A DNA stretch of 64,000 nucleotides, taken from a virus (lineage: Duplodnaviria; Caudoviricetes). Shown here piece by piece: positions 8,936 to 25,344 of the stretch; position 1 is the stretch's first letter; the number at the start of each line of letters is the position of its first letter. The stretch is from positions 5,898 through 69,897 of IMG/VR virus record IMGVR_UViG_2974682767_000001; one strand, written 5' to 3'. The notes under the pieces were generated by a model. That model did not search any database. It was not told where the DNA came from and saw nothing but the letters and a program-made list of their open reading frames with translations. A program made the translations under genes and the position numbers.

Positions 8936-9676
8936 GTGACGTTCTCCTGGCCAGTGGACCGCAGCGGGTTCGGCGAGCTACCCGCCGAGGGGCAGCCCGA
9001 CCACGCCCGCAAGCTCGCCGAGCAGCAGGCGGCGGCGCAGCTCGCGGTCAGCATCATGTGGGCGCTGTCGGGTCGCCAGTTCGGCCTCACCGACGCCATT
9101 GCCCGCCCGTGCCGGGGACCCCTGCGCAACCACCACGGCCCCGGCCCCGTGACGAGCTACGTGCTGTCGTGGGAGGGGTACGGCTGGATTACCCCGCCGT
9201 GCGGCTGTGCGGGCGCGTGCCGCCTCACTGGCCCCAACGCCATCCATCTGCCCGGCCCGGTCCACCGCGTGCTCAAGGTGGAGCTGGCGGGCGTGGAGCT
9301 GCCCGCCAACGTCTGGGTGGCCGAGGGCAACATCCTGTACCGGCGCGAGGGGCCGTGGCCGTCGCAGGACCTCAACCGCCCACTCGGTGACGCGGGGACG
9401 TGGGGCGTCTACTACGAGCGCGGCATCCCGGTGCCCATCGGCGTGGACCAGCTCACCGGCACGCTGGCCAAGGAAATGCTGACCGCGATTGCCGACGACC
9501 CTGGCCGCTGCCGACTGCCGCGCACCGTCACCACGGTGAGCCGTCAGGGCGTCACCTACCGCGCCTACGACCCCGCCGCCATCTATGCCTCGGGCAAGAC
9601 GGGACTGGCCGAGGTGGACATGTGGCTGGCCTCGGTCAACCCGCACGCGCTCATGGCCAGCCCCACGGTCATCTGA
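8936..9676 (+). CDS. putative head-to-tail adaptor
   Basis: Motifs LWALSGRQFG, CRLP..V..V.RQGV and TG..EVD.WL..VNP recalled from actinophage adaptors. Confidence 0.65.
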   Translation: MTFSWPVDRSGFGELPAEGQPDHARKLAEQQAAAQLAVSIMWALSGRQFGLTDAIARPCRGPLRNHHGPGPVTSYVLSWEGYGWITPPCGCAGACRLTGPNAIHLPGPVHRVLKVELAGVELPANVWVAEGNILYRREGPWPSQDLNRPLGDAGTWGVYYERGIPVPIGVDQLTGTLAKEMLTAIADDPGRCRLPRTVTTVSRQGVTYRAYDPAAIYASGKTGLAEVDMWLASVNPHALMASPTVI

Positions 9677-10185
9677 TGCCGGACAACGTGCGCGAGATCA
9701 TCGGCACCGCCCAGGCGGTGGTGCTGGAGTTCTTTGGCCCCGACGCCGCCGTCAAGGCCAAGGTGGGCACCGTCCCCGAGGTGCGGCTGTTCGCAGGCGA
9801 CGGCATCCCGCTGGCGGCGTGGAACAGCATTGGCGGGTGCGGCGACGTGTTCGCATGGGTGCGCGTCGTCCGGCGCTATCGCACGCGGACGTTCCCCACG
9901 CCGACCATCGACGCCAGCCCGTGCTCGCTGACCAAGGCCGTGGCCCTGGAGATCGGCGTGGCGTCGTGCGCGTCGATGGAGGAGACGCCCCGCTGGGAGG
10001 ACTACGCCCGCGAGGCCGACGAGTCGATGGACACCGCCTGGCGGCTGGAGGAGGCGCTGTGCGTGCTGTCCAAGCGCCTCAAACGCGACGACAGCGAACG
10101 GCAGACCGGCACCGACACGGTGACCCCGTATGGTCCAGATGGCGGCGTGCTGGCGTGGACCGGCGTGCTTTACGCGACGTACTGA
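9676..10185 (+). CDS. putative tail terminator/head-tail joining protein
   Basis: Overlapping start; position in neck module. Confidence 0.5.
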   Translation: MPDNVREIIGTAQAVVLEFFGPDAAVKAKVGTVPEVRLFAGDGIPLAAWNSIGGCGDVFAWVRVVRRYRTRTFPTPTIDASPCSLTKAVALEIGVASCASMEETPRWEDYAREADESMDTAWRLEEALCVLSKRLKRDDSERQTGTDTVTPYGPDGGVLAWTGVLYATY

Positions 10186-10198
10186 CGAGGAGCGAGAC

Positions 10199-10528
10199 AT
10201 GGCCACCATCACCATCGAGGGCAGCATCACCCCGGCGTCCGACCTGCCGCGCGGGCAGCGCCGCAAGGTCCAGGACAGCGCCGAGGTGCGCAAGTTCGTC
10301 GCCGCTGGGTTCGCCAACGTGGTGGACGAGGACGGCGAGCCGGAACCCGCCCCGCTGCCCGAGCCGGTCAAGGCACCCGCCAAGTCGGCCAGCCGCGAGG
10401 ACTGGGCCGAGTTCCTGGCCGAGCACACCGACGTGGTGACCGAGGGCCGCAACCGTGACCAGCTCGTCGGCGACTACGAGGTGTGGCTGGAGACGCACGA
10501 CGCGCCGGGCACGCCCGCCAGCGAGTAG
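10199..10528 (+). CDS. hypothetical protein with C-terminal HeH-like module
   Basis: GAGGAG RBS; PAKSASREDWAEFL...NRDQLV. Confidence 0.7.
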   Translation: MATITIEGSITPASDLPRGQRRKVQDSAEVRKFVAAGFANVVDEDGEPEPAPLPEPVKAPAKSASREDWAEFLAEHTDVVTEGRNRDQLVGDYEVWLETHDAPGTPASE

Positions 10529-10531
10529 CCG

Positions 10532-10948
10532 ATGGCCCGCGTGACGGCGCGCGTCGAGATTGACGACGCCGCCCTGGAACGCGAGTCGGGCACGCACCTG
10601 CGGCGCAAGCACCGCAGCATCACCCGGCGCATCGCCAACCAGGCGCGGGCCGACGTGCCCGTCCGCACCGGCAACCTCGGTCGGACCATCGGCGAGCTGC
10701 CGCAGGTCTACACCCCGTACCACGTCAGCGGCGGCGTGGAGGCGACGGCGGACTACGCGGCGGCGGTCCATGAGGGCAGCCGACCGCACTACATCCGCGC
10801 CCGCGCTGGCGGCGCGCTGCGCTTCATGTGGAACGGCCAGGAGACGTTCCGCCGGTCGGTCTGGCACCCCGGCACCCGGTCGCGCCCGTTCCTGCGCAAC
10901 GCCGGGCAGCGCATCATCCTCACCGACCCCGACGTGCGGATGACGTGA
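10532..10948 (+). CDS. HK97 gp10-like tail completion/neck protein
   Basis: PVRTGNL.RTI...ADYAAAVHEG...PFLR motif. Confidence 0.65.
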   Translation: MARVTARVEIDDAALERESGTHLRRKHRSITRRIANQARADVPVRTGNLGRTIGELPQVYTPYHVSGGVEATADYAAAVHEGSRPHYIRARAGGALRFMWNGQETFRRSVWHPGTRSRPFLRNAGQRIILTDPDVRMT

Positions 10949-10972
10949 GTATCCCGAGCTGTCCGGTAGAGT
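10945..10972 (+). promoter_or_regulatory. spacer-palindrome promoter family member upstream of tail chaperone
   Basis: GTGAGT ATCCCGAGCTGTCCGG TAGAGT. Confidence 0.6.
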
Positions 10973-11000
10973 CGCGCCCGTAGCCTCGGGAAGGACCCAC

Positions 11001-11636
11001 ATGACTCAGCCGCAGATGACGCCGCCCAACGACGGCGCAACGCCCACCCCCGTCCAGCCACTCACCGACGCCGAGCGCGCCGCCGCCACCGCGCAGGTCG
11101 CCGGGACCGCGATGCCGTCGCAGCCCGAGCAGCCGACCCCGGTGGCCCCGCCCGCCCAGCCGACGCAGCCGACACCGCCCGCGCAGCCGACCCCGGTGGC
11201 CGACCCGCCCCCGGCCCCGAGCGACAGCCAGGTGGTCAACGAGGTCGCATCGGACGAGCCGGGCACCGAGGTGGCGGCGGTGGAGGACGGCAACGTCGTC
11301 GCGCTCGCCGACCGTTTCGACGTGGCGACCTCGGGCGAGCTGTGGCCGCACGGCACGGTGGAGTTCAAGGGCGACACCCTCGGCATCCGGCTGCCGACCC
11401 GCCAGGCGCTCGCGGCGTTCTCGCTGGCGTCGTCCAAGTACGTCAGCCTCCAGGTCAAAAACGACCTCACCGGCCTGTTCATCGCCCGGCACCTGTCGCC
11501 CGAGTCGTATGGCCGGGTGTTCTCGCGGCTGATGGACCCCGATGAGGACAGCTACGACGTGGAGACGGTCGGCGAGCTGTTCAACGTCATCGTGATGGCA
11601 GCCGTGGACGCGGACAAGGCCGACGACGCCGGGTAA
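11001..11636 (+). CDS. tail assembly chaperone (no frameshift partner visible)
   Basis: Immediately upstream of tape measure; Pro/Gln-rich N-terminus. Confidence 0.65.
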   Translation: MTQPQMTPPNDGATPTPVQPLTDAERAAATAQVAGTAMPSQPEQPTPVAPPAQPTQPTPPAQPTPVADPPPAPSDSQVVNEVASDEPGTEVAAVEDGNVVALADRFDVATSGELWPHGTVEFKGDTLGIRLPTRQALAAFSLASSKYVSLQVKNDLTGLFIARHLSPESYGRVFSRLMDPDEDSYDVETVGELFNVIVMAAVDADKADDAG

Positions 11637-11655
11637 TCACTGCACGGTGCGATAG

Positions 11656-18048
<6,393 letters not shown>

Positions 18049-18058
18049 GAGGTAGCCC

Positions 18059-19495
18059 GTGGCGTTCCGTGGGTACTTTGCCCTCAACGGCGTCGAGATC
18101 GCCAACAGCAGCCGCGTCGTTGCACATCTGGGCATGGACATCCCCACCAACGACCTCGGTCTGCTCGGGGCGTCCGAGGACTGCACGCTGGCCCCGTCCC
18201 CGGCTGGCCCGCTGCTGGCGGTGCCGTCGGCGTCGATGGTGCCGACCGCGCCCGGCTCACTGCTCGCCACGCCGCCGGACGGGTCCCGGCTGTACGGCCC
18301 CGGCCTCGCGCTCGTCGGCGACTGCTGGACGCCGGACAACTTGTGTTTCGGCTGCCGGGGCTGGGTCGGCTATGACGACTCCTGGCCCGGCCTCACCGAC
18401 CTGCTCGGGGACGGCAACGTCTACCGGCCCGAGCTGGCCCCCTGGTACACCACCCGCGTGCCCGAGTCCGCCGAGTTCGGCGGCATCTGGGTCATGGATG
18501 TCAAGGGGCTGGACGTGACGCCGACGACGCGCGAGGTCATCGAGATGGCCGGGGACGGCGGTGCGCCCGGCCCGGCGCGGAACCCGTCGCGCAAGGTGCA
18601 GTTTGACGCCCTCCTGCTGGCCTGTTCCAACGCCGGGCTGACCTACGGCCTCCAGTGGTTGGCCACGCAGCTCCAGTCCACCGAGGGCCGCAGCGACAGC
18701 ACCCTGCGGTACCTCGCCGCGCACCCCGAGCACAGCGCCGCCGACCCCGAGACGCTGATGCGCGAGGCGCACGGCGTCGTGCTCACGTCGGGGCCGGACA
18801 TCACCCAGCAGACCAACAACGGGCGCGGCGACCACCACCAAGCCACGATGTACCGGGTGAGCTGGGAACTGACGGTGACCCGCCCCCACGCCTACAGCCC
18901 GCCCCGGCCCGTGCCGGTGGTCTGGGACGAGGTGGCCGTGGAACCCATCAAGTGGGTCCACGCCGCCGACTGCACCCCGGCGCTGGCGTGCAGCGACGAC
19001 GCGCCGCTGTTCAGCGAGACGTGCGAGGTGGAGCGCATCGAGGTCGTCAACACGCCACCGCCGACGTGCGGCGGCTGCCTGCCGGTCTGCGCCCTCACCA
19101 CGCGCACGTTCGAGGTGCCGACGATGGACTGGCCGGTACGCGGGCGCGAGACGGCGGCGACCATTCGCGTGCTCAACACCGGGGCGCGGGCGCTGACCCT
19201 CCAGTTGTGGTGGCGGCGGTGCAACGCCCTGGAGTCCTGTGATGACCACCGCTGGCCCATCCAGGTGTCCGGCCTGCCGCCGCACGCCGAGCTGGTCCTG
19301 GACGGCATTAGCGGGCGCTACTGGGTGAACCACCAGGGCCACCGCCGCCGACCGTTCGGCATCGTCGGCACGCCGTCGGGCGCGCCGTGGCGTCCGGCCC
19401 TCATCGACCGCGCCCTGTGCTGGGAACTGGTCGCGCAGTCCGACGGTGACGCCTCGTTCGACGTGGGCATGGTGCTGACCGACCGGGAGGCGTAG
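18059..19495 (+). CDS. minor tail protein (distal tail-like)
   Basis: First gene after tape measure; GGAGG RBS. Confidence 0.75.
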   Translation: MAFRGYFALNGVEIANSSRVVAHLGMDIPTNDLGLLGASEDCTLAPSPAGPLLAVPSASMVPTAPGSLLATPPDGSRLYGPGLALVGDCWTPDNLCFGCRGWVGYDDSWPGLTDLLGDGNVYRPELAPWYTTRVPESAEFGGIWVMDVKGLDVTPTTREVIEMAGDGGAPGPARNPSRKVQFDALLLACSNAGLTYGLQWLATQLQSTEGRSDSTLRYLAAHPEHSAADPETLMREAHGVVLTSGPDITQQTNNGRGDHHQATMYRVSWELTVTRPHAYSPPRPVPVVWDEVAVEPIKWVHAADCTPALACSDDAPLFSETCEVERIEVVNTPPPTCGGCLPVCALTTRTFEVPTMDWPVRGRETAATIRVLNTGARALTLQLWWRRCNALESCDDHRWPIQVSGLPPHAELVLDGISGRYWVNHQGHRRRPFGIVGTPSGAPWRPALIDRALCWELVAQSDGDASFDVGMVLTDREA

Positions 19496-19497
19496 CC

Positions 19498-20565
19498 GTG
19501 CCGGTCGTGACCGATGACCAGATCATCAGCCTCCACACCGCGCGGGGCGTGACGCTATACCAGTTCCTCCCCGAGCACTACTCGGACTCCACCTGGTCCC
19601 GCGACCAGCGCGACACCAGCCGGTCCACCATCGTGCTGCCACCCCAGGACGGCCTCAACGAGCTGCCCGACATCATGCCGTGGCTGCACCACGTCACCGT
19701 GTTCGACGGCGAGCGAGACACCGTGCTGTGGACCGGCCCGATTCAGAAAGCCAGCAGCAACCGCGCCGGGCTGACGCTGACGTGCCGAGATCATGCCGCC
19801 TACCTCCAGCGCACCCGCGACCCCATCACCAAGCGGTGGGACGCCGCCGACCCGGCCCACATCGCCGCCGAGCTGTGGCGGCTGATGGCTGACCAGCAGG
19901 CCATCACCACGCGGGTCATCGAACGCCCCGACCCCGAGGGCGAGCGGTTCGATTTCGCCATCGAGGCCGACGAGCAGATGTTGGACCAGACCATCAGCAG
20001 CCTGGTGGACAAGGGGCTGCGGTGGACGGTCGTGTCCGGCGCGGCCATCATCGGCCCCGTCGGGCTGGACCCCATCGCCACGCTCGGGGAGGACGATTTC
20101 CTCGGCGACGGCATCACGCTGGTGCGCGACGGCGGGGCCGTCTACAACGACGTGATGGTGCGCGGGGCCGACGTGCGCCACCGCGAGCGCGTGGACTACT
20201 ACGGCCAGAACCTCCAGACCATCCACAACGTGGACGACATGTTCGGCCTGTCGAACGTCAAGCGCGCCGCCCAGCAGTACGTCAAGCACACCGGCACGGT
20301 GCGCACCCGGCTGGAGCTGCCGCCGAGCACGGTGCTGCACCCCGACGCCCCGGTGTCGATTGACGAGCTGATGCCCTCCACCCGGTTCATCATCGAGGCG
20401 CACGGCATCCGCCAGCTCATGGAGCTGACCGGCGTGGAGGTGGCCCGCCGCGCCGGGGCCGCTAGCGTGTCGGTCAGCATGGAGTCGGTCGAGGAGGACA
20501 TCGAACTGCTCAAGAAACAGGGCGAGAACATGCCCACGCAGACGTTGGGAGGCCGGGCGCTGTGA
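19498..20565 (+). CDS. minor tail protein (baseplate hub-like)
   Basis: Second gene after tape measure. Confidence 0.7.
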   Translation: MPVVTDDQIISLHTARGVTLYQFLPEHYSDSTWSRDQRDTSRSTIVLPPQDGLNELPDIMPWLHHVTVFDGERDTVLWTGPIQKASSNRAGLTLTCRDHAAYLQRTRDPITKRWDAADPAHIAAELWRLMADQQAITTRVIERPDPEGERFDFAIEADEQMLDQTISSLVDKGLRWTVVSGAAIIGPVGLDPIATLGEDDFLGDGITLVRDGGAVYNDVMVRGADVRHRERVDYYGQNLQTIHNVDDMFGLSNVKRAAQQYVKHTGTVRTRLELPPSTVLHPDAPVSIDELMPSTRFIIEAHGIRQLMELTGVEVARRAGAASVSVSMESVEEDIELLKKQGENMPTQTLGGRAL

Positions 20566-23018
20566 CCGCAACGCTGCCGGGCCGCGCACCGGCCAAGGAC
20601 GACGAGCTGGTCCGGTCGTTCCATGACCGCATCCGCAAACTGGAGTACGCCCGCACGCTGCGCGTGGGGCCGTGGGTGCTGTCCACCGAGGCCGAGACGG
20701 GCAACCTCATCGCCACGCGCCCCGGCCAGTCGGTGGTCATCGACGGCCAGGGCGCGACCGAGGTAGCACCGGCCAAGGTCAACCTGGCCGGGCTGGTCAC
20801 TGACGACCAGCTCGCGCTCGCCCTGGAGGGCATCCCGTCCGGCGGCGGCAGCGGCGTGGAGTCGCTGTTCGCCGAGCTGTACGAGATGCTGACCGGCACC
20901 GGCATCGACCCCCTCGGCGCGCTCGGGAAGCTGGCCGAGTTTTTCAAGCTGGAGCTGGGCGGACCCATCGACCTGGTGCGGCTGCCGCTGCTGCCGCTGG
21001 CGCACATCCGCAACATCGTCACCGAGCTGCTGGGTGACCCGTTCTTTGACAACCCGCTGACGCTGGCCAACGTCGCGGACTGGGACTGGTTCGACGGCGA
21101 CACCGCCGGGGCCAAGCCAGGGGTGGCGCAGACCACCGCCGACGGCCTCACGCACACCATCTATTCCGACCCGGTGCCGGTCGCGCTCGGCGACAAACTC
21201 AACGTGCTGGCCAAGGCAAAGTGGTTGGGGCTGGCGACATCTGGGGCCAACCCCATCCGCATGTTGGTGTCGTTCTACGACGAGGACGACGCCATGATCG
21301 GCGCGCCGGTCCAGGTCGGCCAGACCGGCGCGGCGGGGTCGTCCATCGGCTGGGTGACCATGAGCGCCACCGAGGTCGATGTCCCGGTGGAGGCGGCATA
21401 CGCCATCCAGGAGCTAACCGTCACCACGGCGGCGACGGCGGGCACCGTGCGGTTCGGCCAGGGGTCGGTCACCAAGGCCGGGCTGATGCCGCAGGGCTAC
21501 GTCTCGGGGCTGACCACCGCACTGGAGGGGCTGTGGTCGGGCATCCAGGCACGCATCGCCGAGTGGGCCGACCTGCTGGACGTGTTCGGCGGGTTCGCCG
21601 TCGGCAGCGGCCAGGGCCAGCTCACCGACGTGTTCAACCGCATCAAGAATCTCAACCCCCTCAACGGCCTGTTCGACGCCAGCAAGCTCGCCAACATGGC
21701 CGGGCTGCCGAACATCCCCGACGGCCTCACCAAGGTCGGCGACCTCGGCACCCTGGTGGACAAGGCCACGGGCGCGCTGTCGGGCGCGTTCCAGGCCGGG
21801 GATGTCATCGTGGGCGCGGGGCTGACCGCCGCCGAGCAGACGATGGCCAACCTGTTCGAGATGATTACCGCGACCACCCGCAAGGTCCAGGCACTCGAAA
21901 CGGCGGCGACGGCCAACAGCGTCGGCGGTCGCCAGTTCAACATCAATTTCTCGGACTACCCTGACGGCGCGTTCCCGGCGGGGCTGTTCGACATCACGTA
22001 CTCGGGGCCGGGCACCTCGGTGCTGGGCATCCGTGGCGGCAATGCCGTGTGGAACATGGTGAACAACGGCTACCGCCGGGCCATCATGCGGTACCCCACG
22101 CCCACCCTCACCTCGTTCCAAGTGGTGCGCGGCACGATGGCCACGCCGCCGACGCAGGGCACCAACGTGCGCATCTGGTCGCTCGGGCGGATGAACGCGG
22201 CCAAGACGGATTACGTGTTCGCTCGCGGTTACTGCACCGGGTTCCTGTCGTACAAGGGCGATATTGGCATCGTGCGCAACGGCGTCGAGTACATCTGGGC
22301 GTCGGGCATCTCGCTCACCTGGTCGCTGGACCTGCGCGTCATCATGGGCGTCGGCAACAACCCCCGCCGCCACATGGTGCTGTCCGGCGACACCGTGGTG
22401 TGGGACGGCATTGAGCCGGTGGACAAACAGTCCTACCTTGACGCGGACCACATGTACTGGGGCGCGCTGTCGGAAACGTCCGGCGCGCAGCACCCCGGCG
22501 AGATCGCGGGCGCGAGCACCGTGGACAACGCGCCGCCCGCCGTCGTCGGCACCACGTTCCGCGCCAGCAAGCGCACGGGCGGCGATATGTCCATCGCGGC
22601 GGGCAACACCCAGGTGCCCAACAATTTCTACGAGACGGTGGACTACATCTCGCCGGACTTGATCTATCGTCCGGCCAACCGCTGCGAGATCGAGGTGTCC
22701 AAACAGGGCACCTACATCGTGCAGTGGCGCGCCTATCACGGCATCTATGCCACCAACACGGGCGGGCACGGCGTGCTGTTCAAGAACGGGGTGCCGTTCT
22801 CGAAATGGACGTGGGGAGACACCCCGTTCGTCGTCGGGTTCGCCGTGATGACCTCGAACACCAACGCCACCACCGGGTCGTGTCTGGTGCCGCTGAACCC
22901 CGGCGACAAGATCACCGTGGGGTTCTATTTCTCGGCGAACATGGCCAACACGGGCGACAACGTACTGCTGGCCGACGGCAGTGAGTCGTGGTTCGCCCTC
23001 GCGCGTCTGGGCATCTGA
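20562..23018 (+). CDS. large minor tail protein, probable carbohydrate-binding/receptor-binding
   Basis: 818 aa, beta-rich, GTGA overlap. Confidence 0.75.
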   Translation: MTATLPGRAPAKDDELVRSFHDRIRKLEYARTLRVGPWVLSTEAETGNLIATRPGQSVVIDGQGATEVAPAKVNLAGLVTDDQLALALEGIPSGGGSGVESLFAELYEMLTGTGIDPLGALGKLAEFFKLELGGPIDLVRLPLLPLAHIRNIVTELLGDPFFDNPLTLANVADWDWFDGDTAGAKPGVAQTTADGLTHTIYSDPVPVALGDKLNVLAKAKWLGLATSGANPIRMLVSFYDEDDAMIGAPVQVGQTGAAGSSIGWVTMSATEVDVPVEAAYAIQELTVTTAATAGTVRFGQGSVTKAGLMPQGYVSGLTTALEGLWSGIQARIAEWADLLDVFGGFAVGSGQGQLTDVFNRIKNLNPLNGLFDASKLANMAGLPNIPDGLTKVGDLGTLVDKATGALSGAFQAGDVIVGAGLTAAEQTMANLFEMITATTRKVQALETAATANSVGGRQFNINFSDYPDGAFPAGLFDITYSGPGTSVLGIRGGNAVWNMVNNGYRRAIMRYPTPTLTSFQVVRGTMATPPTQGTNVRIWSLGRMNAAKTDYVFARGYCTGFLSYKGDIGIVRNGVEYIWASGISLTWSLDLRVIMGVGNNPRRHMVLSGDTVVWDGIEPVDKQSYLDADHMYWGALSETSGAQHPGEIAGASTVDNAPPAVVGTTFRASKRTGGDMSIAAGNTQVPNNFYETVDYISPDLIYRPANRCEIEVSKQGTYIVQWRAYHGIYATNTGGHGVLFKNGVPFSKWTWGDTPFVVGFAVMTSNTNATTGSCLVPLNPGDKITVGFYFSANMANTGDNVLLADGSESWFALARLGI

Positions 23019-23021
23019 CCG

Positions 23022-24197
23022 ATGGCCTGGCACGGCACCCGGCCCGGCCTCCCCCAGCTCGCCGTCCCACGGCCCGGCTGGCACGCAGAACGGCCCGCCC
23101 CCGAGCACCTGGTGACCCGGCCCGTCGGCTGGTGGGCGGTGCTCGCGCTGGACAACGCGGTGACGCTGCACTGGCTGTCCGAGCTGGAGCTGGAGTTCAT
23201 CCGCGCCGTCGGCATCGAGGTGCTGGCGGTGACGGCGAGCCGGTCGCTGGCGCTCCAGAAAATCGGCATGGTCACGATGCAGCGGAACATCGCCGTGGGC
23301 AGCACGCTGGCGCTCCAGGGCATCTATATGACCAGCCTGTCCCTCAACATCGCGCTCCAGCGCGCCCTCACGTTCGCCCGCATCGGCGTGCTGTCGCTGC
23401 CCGCCGCGCTGGACCTCGCGCCCACCCTCGGGCTGCTAGCCGTCCGGCCCCTGGACGTGCCCGCCGTCTGGGCCGTGACACCCTCGCTGGGGTTCACCCC
23501 GGTGCGCCCCATCGACGTGTCGGCGGCGGTGACCCTCACGCCCAGCCTCCAGCTCGGCACCATCCAGACCCTCGCCCTGGACCGCACCATCGCGCTGTCC
23601 TCGCCGCTGGCGTTCGGGTTCCCGCCGACCGCCGAGGTGACCGACAGCTACGGCACCACCGGCACGACGGGGACGCAGAACTACACCCACACCATCCGGC
23701 GGTGGTGCGACTGGCAGGACATCATCGCGCTCGGGGGCGGCGGCGGTGGCCAGGCGTCGGCGGCGTTTTTCAACCAGGGCCAGCCGGGGCAGCCGGGCGA
23801 GTGGGCGAGCACGTCGCTGCGCCGAGGGATTGACTACCCGTGGTCCGAGCTGTCGTGGGCGGTCAAGGTCGGCGGCGGCGGGGCCGGTGGCCCTGGCCCG
23901 ACCATCGCGCCGGGGTCTGCCGGTGCCACCAGCGAGGTCGCCGCGTCCATCGGCACCCTGGTGGCCAACGCGGGCACGGGCGGGCTGGGGTGGACGACCG
24001 ACACGCGCGGGTTCGCGCCGAACCCGTCCACCTACGTGCTCAACGGCAAGAGCTACGTGGCACCCTCGGGGCGCACCGGGTCAGGTATGAACGGCCCTGC
24101 TGGGCGGTGGCCCGGCGGCAGCGGTGCGGGGTCCACCGGGTTCGGCAGCGGCGGCGCTGGTGCGCGTGGCCAGGTGTGGGTCCGGTCGTATCAGTGA
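23022..24197 (+). CDS. minor tail protein with Gly-rich C-terminus
   Basis: GGGGGG...PGQPGEW and G.G..GQVWVR motifs typical of actinophage tail fibres. Confidence 0.75.
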   Translation: MAWHGTRPGLPQLAVPRPGWHAERPAPEHLVTRPVGWWAVLALDNAVTLHWLSELELEFIRAVGIEVLAVTASRSLALQKIGMVTMQRNIAVGSTLALQGIYMTSLSLNIALQRALTFARIGVLSLPAALDLAPTLGLLAVRPLDVPAVWAVTPSLGFTPVRPIDVSAAVTLTPSLQLGTIQTLALDRTIALSSPLAFGFPPTAEVTDSYGTTGTTGTQNYTHTIRRWCDWQDIIALGGGGGGQASAAFFNQGQPGQPGEWASTSLRRGIDYPWSELSWAVKVGGGGAGGPGPTIAPGSAGATSEVAASIGTLVANAGTGGLGWTTDTRGFAPNPSTYVLNGKSYVAPSGRTGSGMNGPAGRWPGGSGAGSTGFGSGGAGARGQVWVRSYQ

Positions 24198-24210
24198 CAT
24201 GATGGAGGCC

Positions 24211-24531
24211 ATGACGCAACCGGACCCCTCGGACCCCACGTTTGACCCCGCCGAGTTCGAGTGGGCACTGGGTTACGAGTACACCAGCGACCCCCTCGGC
24301 CTGGCCGATGACTGGGAGTTCATCTATCAGTCCATGCCCTACGAGCTGGCGCTGGAGAACTACCGCGCCACGTCGTCGGCCATCGAGAACACCCCCGGCG
24401 GCATCCCCAACATCCGCAACCTCGGGGTGTACTTCACCCCGCCCGTGACGTGGCAGCCGTTCGACGTGCCGCCCGCCCCGGCTGCCGAGGTCGTCGCCGA
24501 CGAGCGGCCTGCGGACACCCCCAACCAGTAA
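24211..24531 (+). CDS. hypothetical tail-region protein (paralog of 24934..25335)
   Basis: GGAGG RBS; shared motifs with 24934 gene. Confidence 0.7.
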   Translation: MTQPDPSDPTFDPAEFEWALGYEYTSDPLGLADDWEFIYQSMPYELALENYRATSSAIENTPGGIPNIRNLGVYFTPPVTWQPFDVPPAPAAEVVADERPADTPNQ

Positions 24532-24540
24532 GGTCGAGAC

Positions 24541-24924
24541 GTGCCCGAGGGAATCAGCCCATACCTGGCCAACGCGCTGCTGAACGAGGTCTGCCGCGCG
24601 GTCAACTGGGTGCCGCCCACCGTCGTGTATTTCCAGGCGCACACCGCTGCGCCGGGGGCGGCGATGACGGCCAACGTCGCGGCGAACGCCGCCCGCGTGG
24701 CGGTGTCGTTCTCGGCAGCCGCCTCGGGCGTCATCAACATCAGCAACGCGCCCGAGCACATTCTGGGCGGCACGCAGACCATCACCCACGGCTCGTTCTG
24801 GGACGCGGCGAGCGGCGGTAACCCGCTGTGGTCGTCGGCGGCGTCCATCAGCAAGGGCGGCATTGCGGGCGACATCATCCGCGTGTCCACCGCCGGGCTG
24901 AGTCTCGGCCCGATTGCGTCGTAA
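24541..24924 (+). CDS. small tail-fibre-associated protein
   Basis: FWDAASGGNPLW motif. Confidence 0.65.
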   Translation: MPEGISPYLANALLNEVCRAVNWVPPTVVYFQAHTAAPGAAMTANVAANAARVAVSFSAAASGVINISNAPEHILGGTQTITHGSFWDAASGGNPLWSSAASISKGGIAGDIIRVSTAGLSLGPIAS

Positions 24925-24933
24925 GGTGACCCC

Positions 24934-25335
24934 ATGACACAACCACCTGACACCACCGCGCCCGAGGATGACGGCTACGTCTACGCCGTCGGGTTCGAGG
25001 TCGCCGACATCCCCGGCGAGACGCTGCCCCCGCAGCCGCAGGAACCGTTGCCGCCGTCGCCGGACGCGGGCACCGCCGAGCAGGCGGCATACGCCGACGC
25101 CGTGGCCGCGCACCTGGAGGCGATGCGGGTCTACAACGGCAACATCGCCGCGATGCTCGCCAGCGAGGCGTATTGGCGCTACGTGCGCACCGAGATGCCC
25201 ACCCGCGAGGCTGCCGAGGCGCAGGTGCGCGAGGTTCTGGCGGTCCACACGGCCAACCCGCTGGTGCGCAACATCGGCCTGGACCGCGTGGAGCGCCCCG
25301 AGTGGGAACGGGTCGCCCTGACGCCCACGACGTAG
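24934..25335 (+). CDS. hypothetical tail-region protein
   Basis: Tight packing and GC3 codon bias. Confidence 0.7.
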   Translation: MTQPPDTTAPEDDGYVYAVGFEVADIPGETLPPQPQEPLPPSPDAGTAEQAAYADAVAAHLEAMRVYNGNIAAMLASEAYWRYVRTEMPTREAAEAQVREVLAVHTANPLVRNIGLDRVERPEWERVALTPTT

Positions 25336-25344
25336 GCTGACGGG

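Noticed and set aside
11125-11215. Short direct repeats encoding QPTP in the chaperone N-terminus
   Set aside because: Ordinary low-complexity coding linker.
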